This document shows positions 25,301-37,856 of a DNA stretch of 64,000 nt, piece after piece. The stretch covers positions 791,169 to 855,168 of the forward strand of contig NMRA01000009.1 in the NCBI GenBank assembly GCA_002633005.1. Reading direction: 5' to 3'. The first letter of the stretch is position 1. Each line of letters starts with the position of its first letter. The translations under genes were made by a program, and so were the position numbers. The notes below the pieces were generated by a model that searched no databases, had not been told where the DNA came from, and saw nothing but the letters and a program-made list of their open reading frames with translations. The stretch is from Phoronis australis (Eukaryota; Animalia; Phoronida).

Positions 25301-25988
25301 ACAACCAATACATTACTAAATATTTTCTTGCGTAATGAAATTAAGGCTGTGTCTATTTCATATTAAGCAAAATCAATTGTATTTGTATCGCAAATGATAT
25401 TACTTGGCAGTCTGTCCGTGGAATGTGATACTCCAGATTTTCTATAATTAATTAAATCAGTCGCAAATTCGCCATTCGTTATACTGTGCCATATCAAATC
25501 ACAGTAGCTTGCCCCTATTTGTTCTGTGTTTATTTAATAACCGATAAGACTTGGGATAATTGGCGATTGCTAATTCTATAAACTGTACACGGCCATTGTT
25601 TAAATGAAGTGTTGATGAACAAGCGTGAAAATGTCGAATAATACAGTATTTTGTGGCGGGCTGAGTGATAGGAAACAGTTTGCAAATGTAGGGAAATCAA
25701 CTAAAACAGTGGAGGGGTTTCCCGGCACAAGACGATATCCGAGTTGATCACATCCTGTGCCTGTTAGCAGGAATATTTTTAGGAGCGCGCCGCGCTTCAC
25801 TGGCGCATAAACATTTTCATTGACGCAACATGATTGTTTGGTCCAACGGGCGTACTAATTATGCGTCGCAACTACACCTGTCTTTGTCTTGAATAATACA
25901 CATTATATTCAAATTCAAGCAAACGGCAATGCAAAGGAACAGATAAAAATAAAAACCGTAACCAATGAACAACGTAGCGAAACGTTAC

Positions 25989-26097
25989 TCAACATATTTT
26001 GAAAACACAGACCCGATGTGTGTTTGCTTTTAAAGTGAAGTGTAGTTAACTAATCGCTCTCTAACGTACTGAGGTAGCAACCGAAATCACACAAACC
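25989..26097 (-). other. Possible alternative 5' exon of the Pax gene ending ATG TTG A|gtaacg
   Basis: Long polypyrimidine acceptor ttttcttttgtgttccgttcttttttcag; phase-1 donor gives MLSHGGVNQ when spliced to 20879. Confidence 0.4.
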
Positions 26098-29000
26098 CTG
26101 AAAAAAGAACGGAACACAAAAGAAAATACCAAGTTGATTCACAGGTCAGGTGGCCAGAAATTAAAAGCCCTGGAATCAATGGAGCCACACTCAGGTTTTT
26201 CTCAGATGATCCTCGATTTTCAATCAATTTTGGCAGTAATTCAGAAGGAGGCAGCGATAGTTGTAGAACTCAACTTTCGCAATTCAGCAAGTTTACTTGC
26301 CTCCTGTGACAGTTGGGTGATTTCTAGACCACCGCCTACTAGTTGTGACACGTCTCGTCATATAAAAAGAAAATTAGGCTATTAGAGTTAATACGACAAT
26401 TAGTCAAAGATGTCTTGGCACTTTGTCTAATAGCGATGGGTGATTATAAGAAATTCATATATGGCAATAGAGCGCCAAACAACAAAAGATCAAAACAATT
26501 ACATATCATATTACACGTAACACCAGATTTTGCCTTTTTGCAGAACTAAATCTAGATGAAATATATTGAAATCATTTTAAAACACATCGACACTATATTT
26601 TATGATTAATTAATCATATTTTTTTGTCAATTAGGTAGTTATTTATTAAGGTCAGTGCTTATTTTTTGCAACAATTCCTGTTTCACTTCAGAGTACGTTT
26701 AGCATATGCTTCAACTCAAATCGTAAACATTGATTATTGAGATTTCGGCTTTTTAACTGATTAAGAAGTATATATCTCTCTACAGCACCAATTATGCAGT
26801 TAATAAAGGCATAATTTCCCCAAAAGGGGGTGCTGGGGATTGCCGTGATATAAAAGTGAGCCCACATTACTTCACTAATGACTTGACCACTATAAGTCAC
26901 TAATGAGCAGATACCATAAGGAAGGTCACAGTCTATCAATAATTAACGACCGTCTATTCCCCTAAGACATCTACTCTAGACAACGTGAAGGCTTATTACA
27001 ATTATGATCCGTTAATTTATGTAATATGCACTTCATTCAACAATGTGCTGAAATTCCATGTCGTTCAGTCACCACCATGATTTGAATCAATTCGTTAATT
27101 CGATCCACCTTACTGTATTGTGTACGCCCATTACATATTCATAGCGTTACAAAATTCATTAAATTGAAACGTTTTCCATAAAAATAGCTCTGTTAATGCT
27201 TAAAAACCTTTACAATGTATAAAATTTTGCCTAAAAAGCTATTGACATATTTTCCTCACGTGTTTGTATGCCTTATGTATACATTTTTATAAACTTATTA
27301 TTCGTTATTGCACGCATGTTATACTCGTCTTCGTAATCAATGTCGTAGTCATCGTTCTCGATCGTCATGGTTACATTCGTTAATATCTCCAGTGTCGGCC
27401 CATCTACGCCAACCTCAAAGAGCGAGGCACATGATGGAACAATGCTGAATTCACGTTTTCAGAAACATGATGTTTTTTGTAACACTACCCCTAAATTCAG
27501 ATTTATGCGACGTTTCCTGAAATCAAATTAGGGTCCCGGTGGACTCAAAGCACATGTTTTGGTTATATCTTCTAATATCGTGGTCATTGGAGATGAGTTA
27601 TATGCCATAGTGTCATTAGTTTGATTGTGTAATTTTCCTGTTTACAAATTACTCCACACCCAGGGTTTGAATCCCCGTATTTGATTTGACATCTGCTAGT
27701 CAATAGATGCCGCTCGCTCTCAGCAAAAGACAACATTTCCACTACAACAATTAGTCGTGACCAATGAACAGTTGGTTTGATAGTATCTAAATTTCTAACA
27801 ATAAATGTCAGATTTGTCTGTGCATGAAGGACGAGGGTTTGTTATGCATTGAGAAAAATTTAGACCTACTAACTAAAAGAAAGTTAATTTGAATTCAAAT
27901 CAGTAAAAATCAACATATTACCTCACCTACTAAGACGATCTTAAAAACTGAAACGGCTACACGTTGACAGATATTATAAGTGTAAACGTTTGTACTATTT
28001 CACCGCAATAACTTTCAGTTTTCGTTTTCATATCAGGACAACACAGGTTACACCATGAACATAGCTCTACTTATCACTGGCCACCGACCCGATCCTGAAA
28101 GTTCATTTTATTGTTTTTCAAACTCACGCCCTCACTAAAAGAAAGCATGGCTTACGCAGCCCAAAAACACAACTCGAACCCGGAAACGCGTCTTCGGCAC
28201 CTGAGTGTACAGGGCGAACAACGCCGACTCAGACTTCGTTTGGCATCCACTGTGATTCGTGCTTTATGAGTGTGTCGGTAAGCCGTGTTCTATGAATGCG
28301 GACAAGAGTTCCCGATTCAGGAAACTTGAGTCGTGCGTTCATAAGTGTGTGCGGAGCCTGGTATCACCACAGCACCGTGGTTGCACGGTCGTAAGAGGTC
28401 GAGTCCATCCGGAACACATCGGTCGTGTTATTTTCATACCCTCTGAAACAGCGCCACCTATACTGAAAAGAAGCCTACTTTCGCAGCACTGTGAAAGAGT
28501 GTAGTTATCGTCACAGTCTCAACATTTTCCCCTTAGATGTCCATGTACTTCATAAGCCAGCACTACGTTATTGATTTCTGTGGCTGGTTGCATGGAGCTA
28601 TTTCAACAGGGACTCAACTAGCCTATATTTCTTAAATTTTCAGCGCATTTGCTTAGAACTGACGAATGTTACATGTTTTTCTTAGCAATAGATGAAACAA
28701 CACGTGATAATACATTGGTTTATGACCAAAATATGTGAAATGCGGCGTTGTTTTAATTCAAGAACTTCCAGATTATTTGCCTGAGGAATACGATGACTTC
28801 ATGGAATGCGGCCGATTTCCGCTCTTGGGTGCTCAAATTTGGACTATGGGGTCTTCCAAAATACGGTATCCAATTATCTAATCAGACCAGGTCATACCTA
28901 ACATTTGCCGAAACGTCCACAAATCCCGAAAAATTGACCATCAATCCTCTTGATGATGATGGAAATCATCATCTTCACGTCTCTGAACTTATTCCCACTA

Positions 29001-29950
29001 GTGTCGTATAGGTGGCGCTGTGACAGAGCATCACGTCTGCAGACCAAGGCGCCATCTATCTTTCACAGGATATATGATTTGACAACAAGGCCATCTCATC
29101 GAACGAAGGGGTGTGCCCTGTCACGACATGTTCCGAGTATTCGTGACAAAAGCGTAGTGTAAGCTCATGTTACATGTGTCAGAGGCAAGATGGATGAATA
29201 TGATGCTCTGTATTTAACACAGAATTTATTTTGTTTTGGTGATTGAATCCTCAACTACGTTCTCATGTAAAATGACCTGCAGTGACGCTGAGACCACGGT
29301 GAAAGGACTCCCGAGGGCACCAAGGCGTGCAGCTGGGAATTATAAGTTATACACCCTTAAAGTGAAACATAATGAAAGGAATCAATGAAAAAGACCATTT
29401 CGGGGAATTATGAAACAGAAGTATTATTTCACGAGTTCCGATCAGCTGAAAATGCTGGAGATCAGCATCTTGAGACAAAATCATGGCATTGCAAAATGTT
29501 TTCCAGAATAGAGAGCAAAAGGATCTCTTTTGCTAAGTTTCTAATCCACAAGCCAACCCTTCGGTAGATAATTTATTTCGAAAAGAATTGAGCATGAAAA
29601 ACCATCTGTCTGAGTGGCGCATCTCGCACTACCTACGGCGTTAGCATTGCCTTGGAGGAAGATTGGGGGTGTTTGACAATTGATTTGAACAAATGGAATA
29701 CCGCAGTTTGCGTTTCCAAAGCGGGCTGTTACTTTGCTGCCAGTAGTAGAATAAAAACAATATGTACTTGGCTCTTTTTCTGTCGATTTCCTTCCGATCG
29801 ACATTAAGTAAAAAATACGAGCACAGCCCCAGAAATCGCTTTCGCATTATATCCAGGTTCTCATTCATTCCCATGCATACATTCACTAGTAAAACCGAGC
29901 TCAGAGGAGTAGGAGACACTTTTGTGCATTGCTCAATTTTCTGCCAATAA

Positions 29951-29996
29951 ACCCAGGATTCGAAACTGGAGTCCGGAGCTCAAACCACTGAGCCAC
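29951..29996 (-). mobile_element. tRNA-derived SINE head fragment
   Basis: Minus strand gtggctcagtggt (A box) and gtttcgaatcc (B-box-like), with shortened spacing. Confidence 0.45.
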
Positions 29997-31047
29997 ATTG
30001 TCTCATTAAGTTATATATCGATTGCAGAGTAAAATTCGTAACGAGCTTCTGCACAAAAAAATGACGAAGAAAAAGTCGTTTTGCACAGAAATGGTAGTGA
30101 CGTCAACAAATGTTGACATGTCCTTCTGCACAAATGTCAACACAAAAGAACGCCAACATCGACAGTGTTTCACTCCAATTCCCCAAAAAACACCTGCATG
30201 CACGGTTTGCTTCAAAGAAACCTTACCTTGCGTCACCACAGATCTCAGCATCGTAGCGTTACCGAGTTCAGCTACCTGACTGATAAGGATGTTTACCAAT
30301 GTTCTCTCAAAATATTGTCTCTAACCACGAGCAACTCCTTTTAAGCACATTTGTTGTTTTCATACATTCCCACTGTAATCTATCCATAGAGATGATATGA
30401 AAGGACTGGACAACAATAGATACACACACAAGGACAGGTTCGGTGATAAAGGTCTCATGTTTGCAGTAATGTATAGCTCGTCGAAAAACATTAAACTACA
30501 ACAATAGGTTGGCTTGAAAGGAGCACACCATCTTAAGATAAAATATCATATTATCTCAATGGCCGACCAACTCAAGGGAAAGGAGATCGAAGATGGTATT
30601 CTTGGGAATTAATTAATTTTCGTAGTAGGTGATTGTGTGAAGCTGCCGATGTTTACAGCTGGCGTTTTCAATAGAAGAATGGTGAATGCGGATTTAACAA
30701 ATCTGATGTCCTAAAAATCTTCAGGTTTAGCAAAGTGCGTCATGGAGGCATAGACGGCAGAAGTGTCCCCGTGTGAACCCCAAGCTGTCCTTAGGTACAC
30801 AAAGAAAGCAATTCAATGCAAAACTGAAATCCAGTTTTCTCAGGTTATAAAAATTCCTGATTATCACGAAAATTTGACATACAATCGTTCCGCTGCATGA
30901 TCCATACACTGTCAATCAAAATGATATTACCCTCACAAATATATGATCTTCTAACACTGGAAAAAATAGTTGATGAAAACGTGTGAACATAATCTGTTAG
31001 ACTGGGAACCAGTTTCCCATAATTATCCTTGTCACGTCATTCCTTAA

Positions 31048-31376
31048 AAGGATACCAAACCCGGCTTTGGCCTATTAACAGATACTAAAAACGACTTTCC
31101 TATCATGTTCTCTGAAATAAAATAATGCTCAGTAACCCTCGACAACCCTCAAAGGTTTTGAAGAAAAGTTGAAAACTCCTTTCAAAGTCTGCTAATCGGA
31201 CCAGCGTGACCTACGCCTTTAGCGAATTACACGGACCATAATGTCCAATGTGTGAGATAGGCGTACGAGTTTTTGGTTGATTTCTAATTTTATCGTTCAA
31301 GATTGACGTCAGTGATGCATTAGCAGATGACAGAACAAGGATTGGTTGAATTATCGAAACAGGGTTTAGTATCCTT
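31048..31376. mobile_element. TTAA-targeting MITE, Kolobok-like
   Basis: ttaa|aaggataccaaaccc...gggtttagtatcctt|ttaa; TIR 14/15 match. Confidence 0.8.
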
Positions 31377-32267
31377 TTAAATGATGTCTTCCTATGGAAT
31401 TTATGAATTTCTCTAGAGCAGACTACTAACCACGAAGTTTGTTTTCTGACTCACGTTCAGCTTTGAAATTCGCACTATATTGTAGAAAAACTTAAAACAC
31501 CTGTTCCTCCAGTAAAATATGCCGGTAACTACGCAGCGCGACAGAAGTTTCCTAGCAAAATTACATTGTCTTTAGTCTAAACCATCATCAACAGCTGTGA
31601 ACCCAATATCCCTAGAGCGAGAAAACCGATGACAACTGATTTTGTGAGGTCTGGGCGTGACGCATAATCACGTGTCCGATAACTGCAGTGTAATTGGATA
31701 TTCTCATTTGTGCGTGTCACGGTAGCAATATGTATTCTTGACTAACCAGAAAGTTTTGATTGTCACTACATTTTGTAAATTATGGTACACGTTTAAAGTG
31801 GTCGCAATGAAATCAGGTCCTCAGCCAGGAATTTGTAAAGAGTTGCGGGGTATTCAAAATTTGTGATTATCGGATCTTTAGTGTTGCCCTTTAGCACTCC
31901 CTGGATGTCAACAAGTTTTTCCCCCGCGGTCGTCACCTATTCTTCTCTCGGTTGTCGTCAATAGCCGCCCCTGTTCTCACGGATTCTACGCCACCTAATT
32001 GCCAAATAAGTCAACTTGATTCCTCAACTACTAGTTTGGACAGAATACCTGCCATTTGTGCACGCTTCTTCGAACTCTCGATATTATCTGGGCCTTAGAA
32101 ACTGTAAAAGTTGCTGATTGCATATGAAAAAATATTAAAAATCGACTTATTCTGAGGATAAAAATTAAGCACATGGAAGGCAAAACTTTTTTCAAGATAT
32201 GCTTCAAATTAAGACAACGAAAGGTAGATAAAAACTGTTCAAAGGCATTCCACACTTCTCGAATGAA

Positions 32268-32410
32268 GTGGTCATGGGCACTCTGTAGGAGATTGTCCAA
32301 GAAGCGCTCTAGTTGTGGTCATGGGCACTCTGTAGGAGATTGTCCAAGAAGCGCTCTAGTTGTGGTCATGGGCACTCTGCAGGAGATTGTCCAAGAAGCG
32401 CTCTAGTTGT
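32268..32410. repeat. 47-bp tandem repeat, 3 copies
   Basis: Unit gtggtcatgggcactctgtaggagattgtccaagaagcgctctagtt. Confidence 0.95.
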
Positions 32411-35400
32411 TTTTTTTTCAGAAATTCACGTTCGTCCGAGTGTTGCTGAGAGCATGGTTAATAAGCTGGCGTCCAAATATTTAACAAAACTCCTGCATAT
32501 AGTTTTGTTTCGACCTTTGTACCTGATTTCCCTACTTAAAATGTGGACACGGGTGGCAGAAGGCACTGAGATTCCGAGCAGTTTTTTATTCACCTCGAGA
32601 CGGTTTGGCATTTTGTGATGTTTGGGAGACGATTTTTGAGTTATTCATTCCATTATTTAACGTTTCAAAGAACACAAGACTTTAAAGTTCTAAAAGCACA
32701 CGTTTTTTACCGTTATTAAATGGTTAGAAGAAATTATAAGGAACCATGTAGTACCTACACAATAACCAATGTACAATCCGTAGTCGAAGAAAGTTTAAAT
32801 AAACGCGCCACTCACGATTCCGACCCGAAGAACACACCGCCATTTTGAACTAACCGCGAAACCGGAAATACAATTCATTCAAGAACTGACCCAGGCTAAG
32901 AACCACGGCTGTGCGACTGGAGCAGTGTTTGTTACCAGCCTGCAAACGGAGATAAACTAATTGACAGCCTACCTTAACTTTAATAAAACCAAAATAGGGG
33001 CAATTTGTACTGAAATTGTTGACAAAATGTAGCAAAATAAAATTTGACAAAAATGATTTTCCTGAACTCGGAACTCGGACCAATCGAGACGAAGGCATGC
33101 CGTCCCTGGCTGCTTTATCGGAATAAATTGTTAAAATCATAAATGCCGTATACATACAAAGATAAGTTTCAGACACTTGCATAAAATTACGGACTAGTTA
33201 CTGACAGTCCTGTGCCAACGATTGAATAACAAGGTCGACTATAGCGGGCTAGGCTAAGCGTGTTTTACTGGGTGTAACTAACTCTGGTAAACAAACAGTA
33301 TAAACAGAACAACGAACATGCAATATTAAAATAACTGAATAAAACTGGTATACACTTCCCTGACGATTAAATTTGAGAAAATATCGCTAATAAATTTAGA
33401 TGGAAACTAAGATACCGGCGGTGGTCTCCCTCGACTTCTGTTGCGGCCGGCGGGCTTACAGCCAACAAATAACAATGAACGACAGAATACCATTTGGTAG
33501 CGAAATAAATCCAGGAAGAAAACTTGCCATGGTGCCAAATGATATAATATAAGTATTGTTGAGATGAGTTTTGAGTAAAAGGAATAATTCTCACTTATCG
33601 ATCCACAAACATTCGTATAAGCTGCTACCCGGCGGACCTGGACTGCCTCGCCTGCCGTACGCGGACATCTGTGCTCCGCGGGGCAAGATGAACACATGAA
33701 TTAGCTACCCAGGCCTTGAATGAGTGAAATTCCTGTGACAAAGAGATTAAAAAATGCTGCGTCATGCTCCTAATGCTGCAATATTTTACCATCGCTGATA
33801 TTCAGCTCATTGACAAAAAGTCACTACACTCCCTCCCCGTTTGCGGTGCGGAATTTTATATCTAGACAACAGAGGTTTATATTGTAAGTTTTTGTTACCT
33901 TTTAAAATATATTTTCCCCAATAATTGAAAATGAAAGCAAATTTAGCAAGTGATTTTTCCGGCGAAGATTCATGGCAACTGCAGGGTCATTACTTCGCCG
34001 GCCTGTGTCCGGGCAGAAAAATCAAGCACAGGTGCGCGTTATAACAATTGAGGTGTGGAGCTCACTGTTTTGAGATAAAACTTGTTTTTGTTTGTTGAAA
34101 CATCGCCGTGTGTGGATATTTTTTTCTATTTTACATTTTTAACGGCCAGTAAAGCCGGCGCCGATTTGCTCAGTGCCAAGTAAGCACTGCGCTCACACGG
34201 CCGGGTAGTCACACGGCAATTGCTCACTTCAGGCTTTGTATCACTTTCACGATATGGCGATAAAGGTAAGACATTTGCTGATCAATAAATTTGTTCCTCT
34301 AATTTATTACCTAAACGGGTACTGTTGCTGAAATTTGACGTACCCTGGCGATGAGTCAGGGCTGACCTCAGTAGGCGAGCGTTAGCTGCGGGAGATGCGA
34401 CGTACTTCACAAACTTATGATTATGCATTCGTCTTATGCAAAGAACAGGTAAAATTTGGACAATATATAATCAAGTTTGTATAAAAAGAACCAAAATGAG
34501 AATTAAAAACAACCAAACACAGTAACGACGCATTTACGCTCACGGTGATGTCAATACGTTTTCAAGGACAACGTGACTGTCATTTAGCAATCGTTCCTGA
34601 TGCATAGGAACTCAGGTCACGGAAATAGACGGGAATAGTCAATGATTTTCCGAACTCGGCCGAGGTACAAAATTGTGTTCAAAAAGGCTTTTAGATTGAT
34701 ATCAGAAAGGATGTGAACATTATGGCATGTTGCATATTACTTAATTTGGTATGTATTTTTAAGTTTTGAACTAGATTAGCCTTTGAGATAAGGACTTTAA
34801 AGCTGCAGCGTCTCAAACTGGACTTAGTATAGTCCGAATACCTATCGTCGTCAGGCTCCAAAGGTCGTCCGCCATCTTCTTTCGCGTGCAGCGCAGCCAC
34901 GCGGGACTTAGCGGTCCAATATGGAGTGCTCGTCTGCACGTTAGGTACTAACCTCTCGGGAAAAACACGCATGGAAGAACTGAGACTAAAATTAATGCAT
35001 TTACCGACTGTTTTTTTAAGACCACTCAAAAACTTGTAGATTTTACTAATGCACTTTTTTGTTCATTTTCAGAAGATATTTTCGAAAGTAAATTTTCTTC
35101 AGACGGAACAAAAACCTACCCAGATATTGTTTATGCAATGTATCTATTTGTCCCAGGCACCAACCGACACCCGTTAGGCCAAAGGAAAAACGCAGCAGAC
35201 AAATGGAACACGCTGGGTGCTTAACAGTTTCGGCCCACGCCTTGGTCATCAAAATATTGTCCACTTATTTTTTATTGCAAAACAAAGTACTGAGCTCAAC
35301 ATTTATGTTGAAATTTTTGGTTAAAGCATTTTGAATTTATTTGAAGGAAATTAAAATACTTGAATTGATAGGGAATGGCCACCAATAAAGTAAAACATTG

Positions 35401-36582
35401 ACTTTATTTCGCTATATTGCATTGTTACATACAACAAAGCATGACATAATCAAAAATAAAAGATTGAAGAGATTGAGCAATAAAATGCAATACAACTTTA
35501 TTTATGATTGCAGAAGCCTGTTAAAGGTGAGAAAAAAATCAAACAATACGATATTGGGTAATTTATTAGAACAGTTGTATCGAGGTTCAATGATCAACTT
35601 GCACCGACAAAGTCTCAAAGGGTTTCAGTTCTGCTTTGGCTGACAAGATGTTAACAGAGAATGAAGAAAAACTGAAAAGAAAAGGAAAGACAGCAGAGAT
35701 AAGTGGTGTTAAGAACAACAAGAGTAAAAAGTCAAATAAAGAGGACACAAATAGAAAATAAGTAAGGTCTATCTGGAATAAAGCAATTGCGATTTATTTT
35801 CCAGAACTGAAATTCTAAATCAATTTTAATCGATTTAAAAATCGATATCATACTAGTAAAACAGTTTGTGGTTGTAGTAGAATTGCTGTAAACCACTTTC
35901 CACTATTTTCTTGGCCTTTTTCTGTGTGGTTTTCTGTTCTTTCAAAAGGCGGCAGCATATGACGACCATAGGAGTCATTATAAAATGGCTGCCGAAAAGC
36001 AATGCACAGTTCAAACAACTCGGCATAAATAAAAGAAAACTTTTGAATCAACTAATACTATTGATTTGTGAGAGTCAAATCAAGTTCTATGCAGAGTATA
36101 ACTTTGAAGTGGAATAGTTGGGTGAGTACGACAACAAGCCGGTTTTATGCTTAGGCGGACGACCATTGGGTTCCCGAGTATACTCTCTTTGCCTTGATAT
36201 CCACCACGTCCGCAACATTTAGTGGTAAGTTTGAAAGGGTTAGCCAGCCCTACACTTGTTTGTTTTTCGTGACAACAGAAACAAAAATAGAGGTTGATTT
36301 TGTGGTGGCAAGTGCTGGAGTCATAAATTTACCTTTCGGATATGCAGCATAGGCGTACCGAGCTGAATGTCCATCGAAAAAAATTCCCCGATTCTGTGAA
36401 GTGGACATTAATCAAAAGAAAATCTGAGTATATGATGAGCAAAATACTTGTTGGAGTGTGCTAGTAACACAATACATATTTATGAAACCTTAAACGGTCT
36501 TACCCGGTTATCTTTTGCTTATTTTTACATTTCTGTAACAACAACAAATCAAATCGTCGTCTGCTATCTTATGCTCACCTTA

Positions 36583-37856
36583 CTGGTTCCCTGCGTGTCC
36601 GCTAGGGGTAGAGAACACGCAGGTATCATTCAGTAGCACGCGTTTTATTACTGGATATGTAACCTCAGCAGTCATTGGTTAGCTTTACAACAAAGAAAGA
36701 AAATGTCGGACTGTGAACGATTTTAAGCCTGAATAAAAACACGGAAATTTTGAGACATCCAGTTGAGAAAACAGATCAAGTTTGAGTCTAATACTAGAAC
36801 AAAAAAAAAATACAAAAAAATAGCGACGTTGCGTCGGCATCTCACGGACTTCAGCTTGGCTTGTGATGATATCGTTATTCTGGCCAATTGGTGGCATTTT
36901 GACCAGACGGCGTGGCATTGACGTGAAAACACCATCCCATACGTGTGGCAAATCGAATCTTAAACCGCCTCTTCTATTTAAAGAGGGACCAGTCTTCCTC
37001 AAAGCCTAGGATAGTGACATCATCAGTATTGAAATCATGTCCAGTGGCACACAGGTGGCTGAAAATAGCCGAATCATAAGTGTCCCCGTAACTAGGACGA
37101 CGATGTTGTGACATACGCATTTTTATGGACTGTTTCGTTTCACCTATGTAACTGTCTGTCAAGGACAAGACCCCCAAGGGTAATAATTCATGTGTTGTCT
37201 ATGGTGTTCAGTGTAAGGATCCCCAGTGCTCAGACAGTCATACGTATGGGATGGTGTTCTGACGTCAATGCCGCGCCGTCTGGTCAAAACGCCACCAAAT
37301 GTCCAGAATAACGATGACGTCACAAGCCAAGCTGAAGTCCGTGAGATGCGGACGCGATGTCGCTAATTTTTTGTAAGTTTTTATTCCAGTATTAGAATCA
37401 AACTTGATCCGATTTTAATCATTGTCATGCAAGTGACGTGACAGCAAATATTTCGTTACTGCAGTAATGTTTAATAGCCGCGTGCTTGAAGCACATACAA
37501 TGGACACACATCTGGCCGTTTAACCGGTGTGTTATTCACACTGTGTGAATACAGGACAGCAACACAAACAAAAGTCAGCGACAGTAGAAAAATGCACAAC
37601 GAAAAAGCACAACCACAACTTTCTGATTCACATTTTCTGAACATATCCCAATTAAGTACCAATTTGTCTGTACAACAGACCACAAACTATATCCATATTT
37701 ACACTTCTTCATCAGTCATGCCAATTTGTTTACGTAAAGCTCTGCCTGTTGAGAATCTGACCAGCCAATAAGAAACCCCGGTGTAAAAAAAATCCCGAGG
37801 AAAATAAAATGGTACCTGTGTGTTCTCTACCCCCTAGCGGACACGCAGGATACCAG
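36583..37856. mobile_element. Non-autonomous DNA element with ~48-bp TIRs, enclosing a Penelope fragment
   Basis: ctggttccctgcgtgtccgctaggggtagagaacacgcaggtatcatt (36583-36630) inverted at 37808-37856. Confidence 0.85.
36765..37410 (-). mobile_element. Penelope-like retroelement fragment (GIY-YIG endonuclease) with inverted pseudo-LTRs
   Basis: DSYIGETKQSIKMRMSQHRR..SAIFSHLCATGHDF..VTIL and PSLNRRGGLRFDLPHVWD on minus; ~170-bp inverted arms 36765-36943/37241-37410. Confidence 0.88.

Noticed and set aside
33407-33697. KolX-like RRVAAY peptide
   Set aside because: Only a few residues match and no supporting cysteine pattern or element ends
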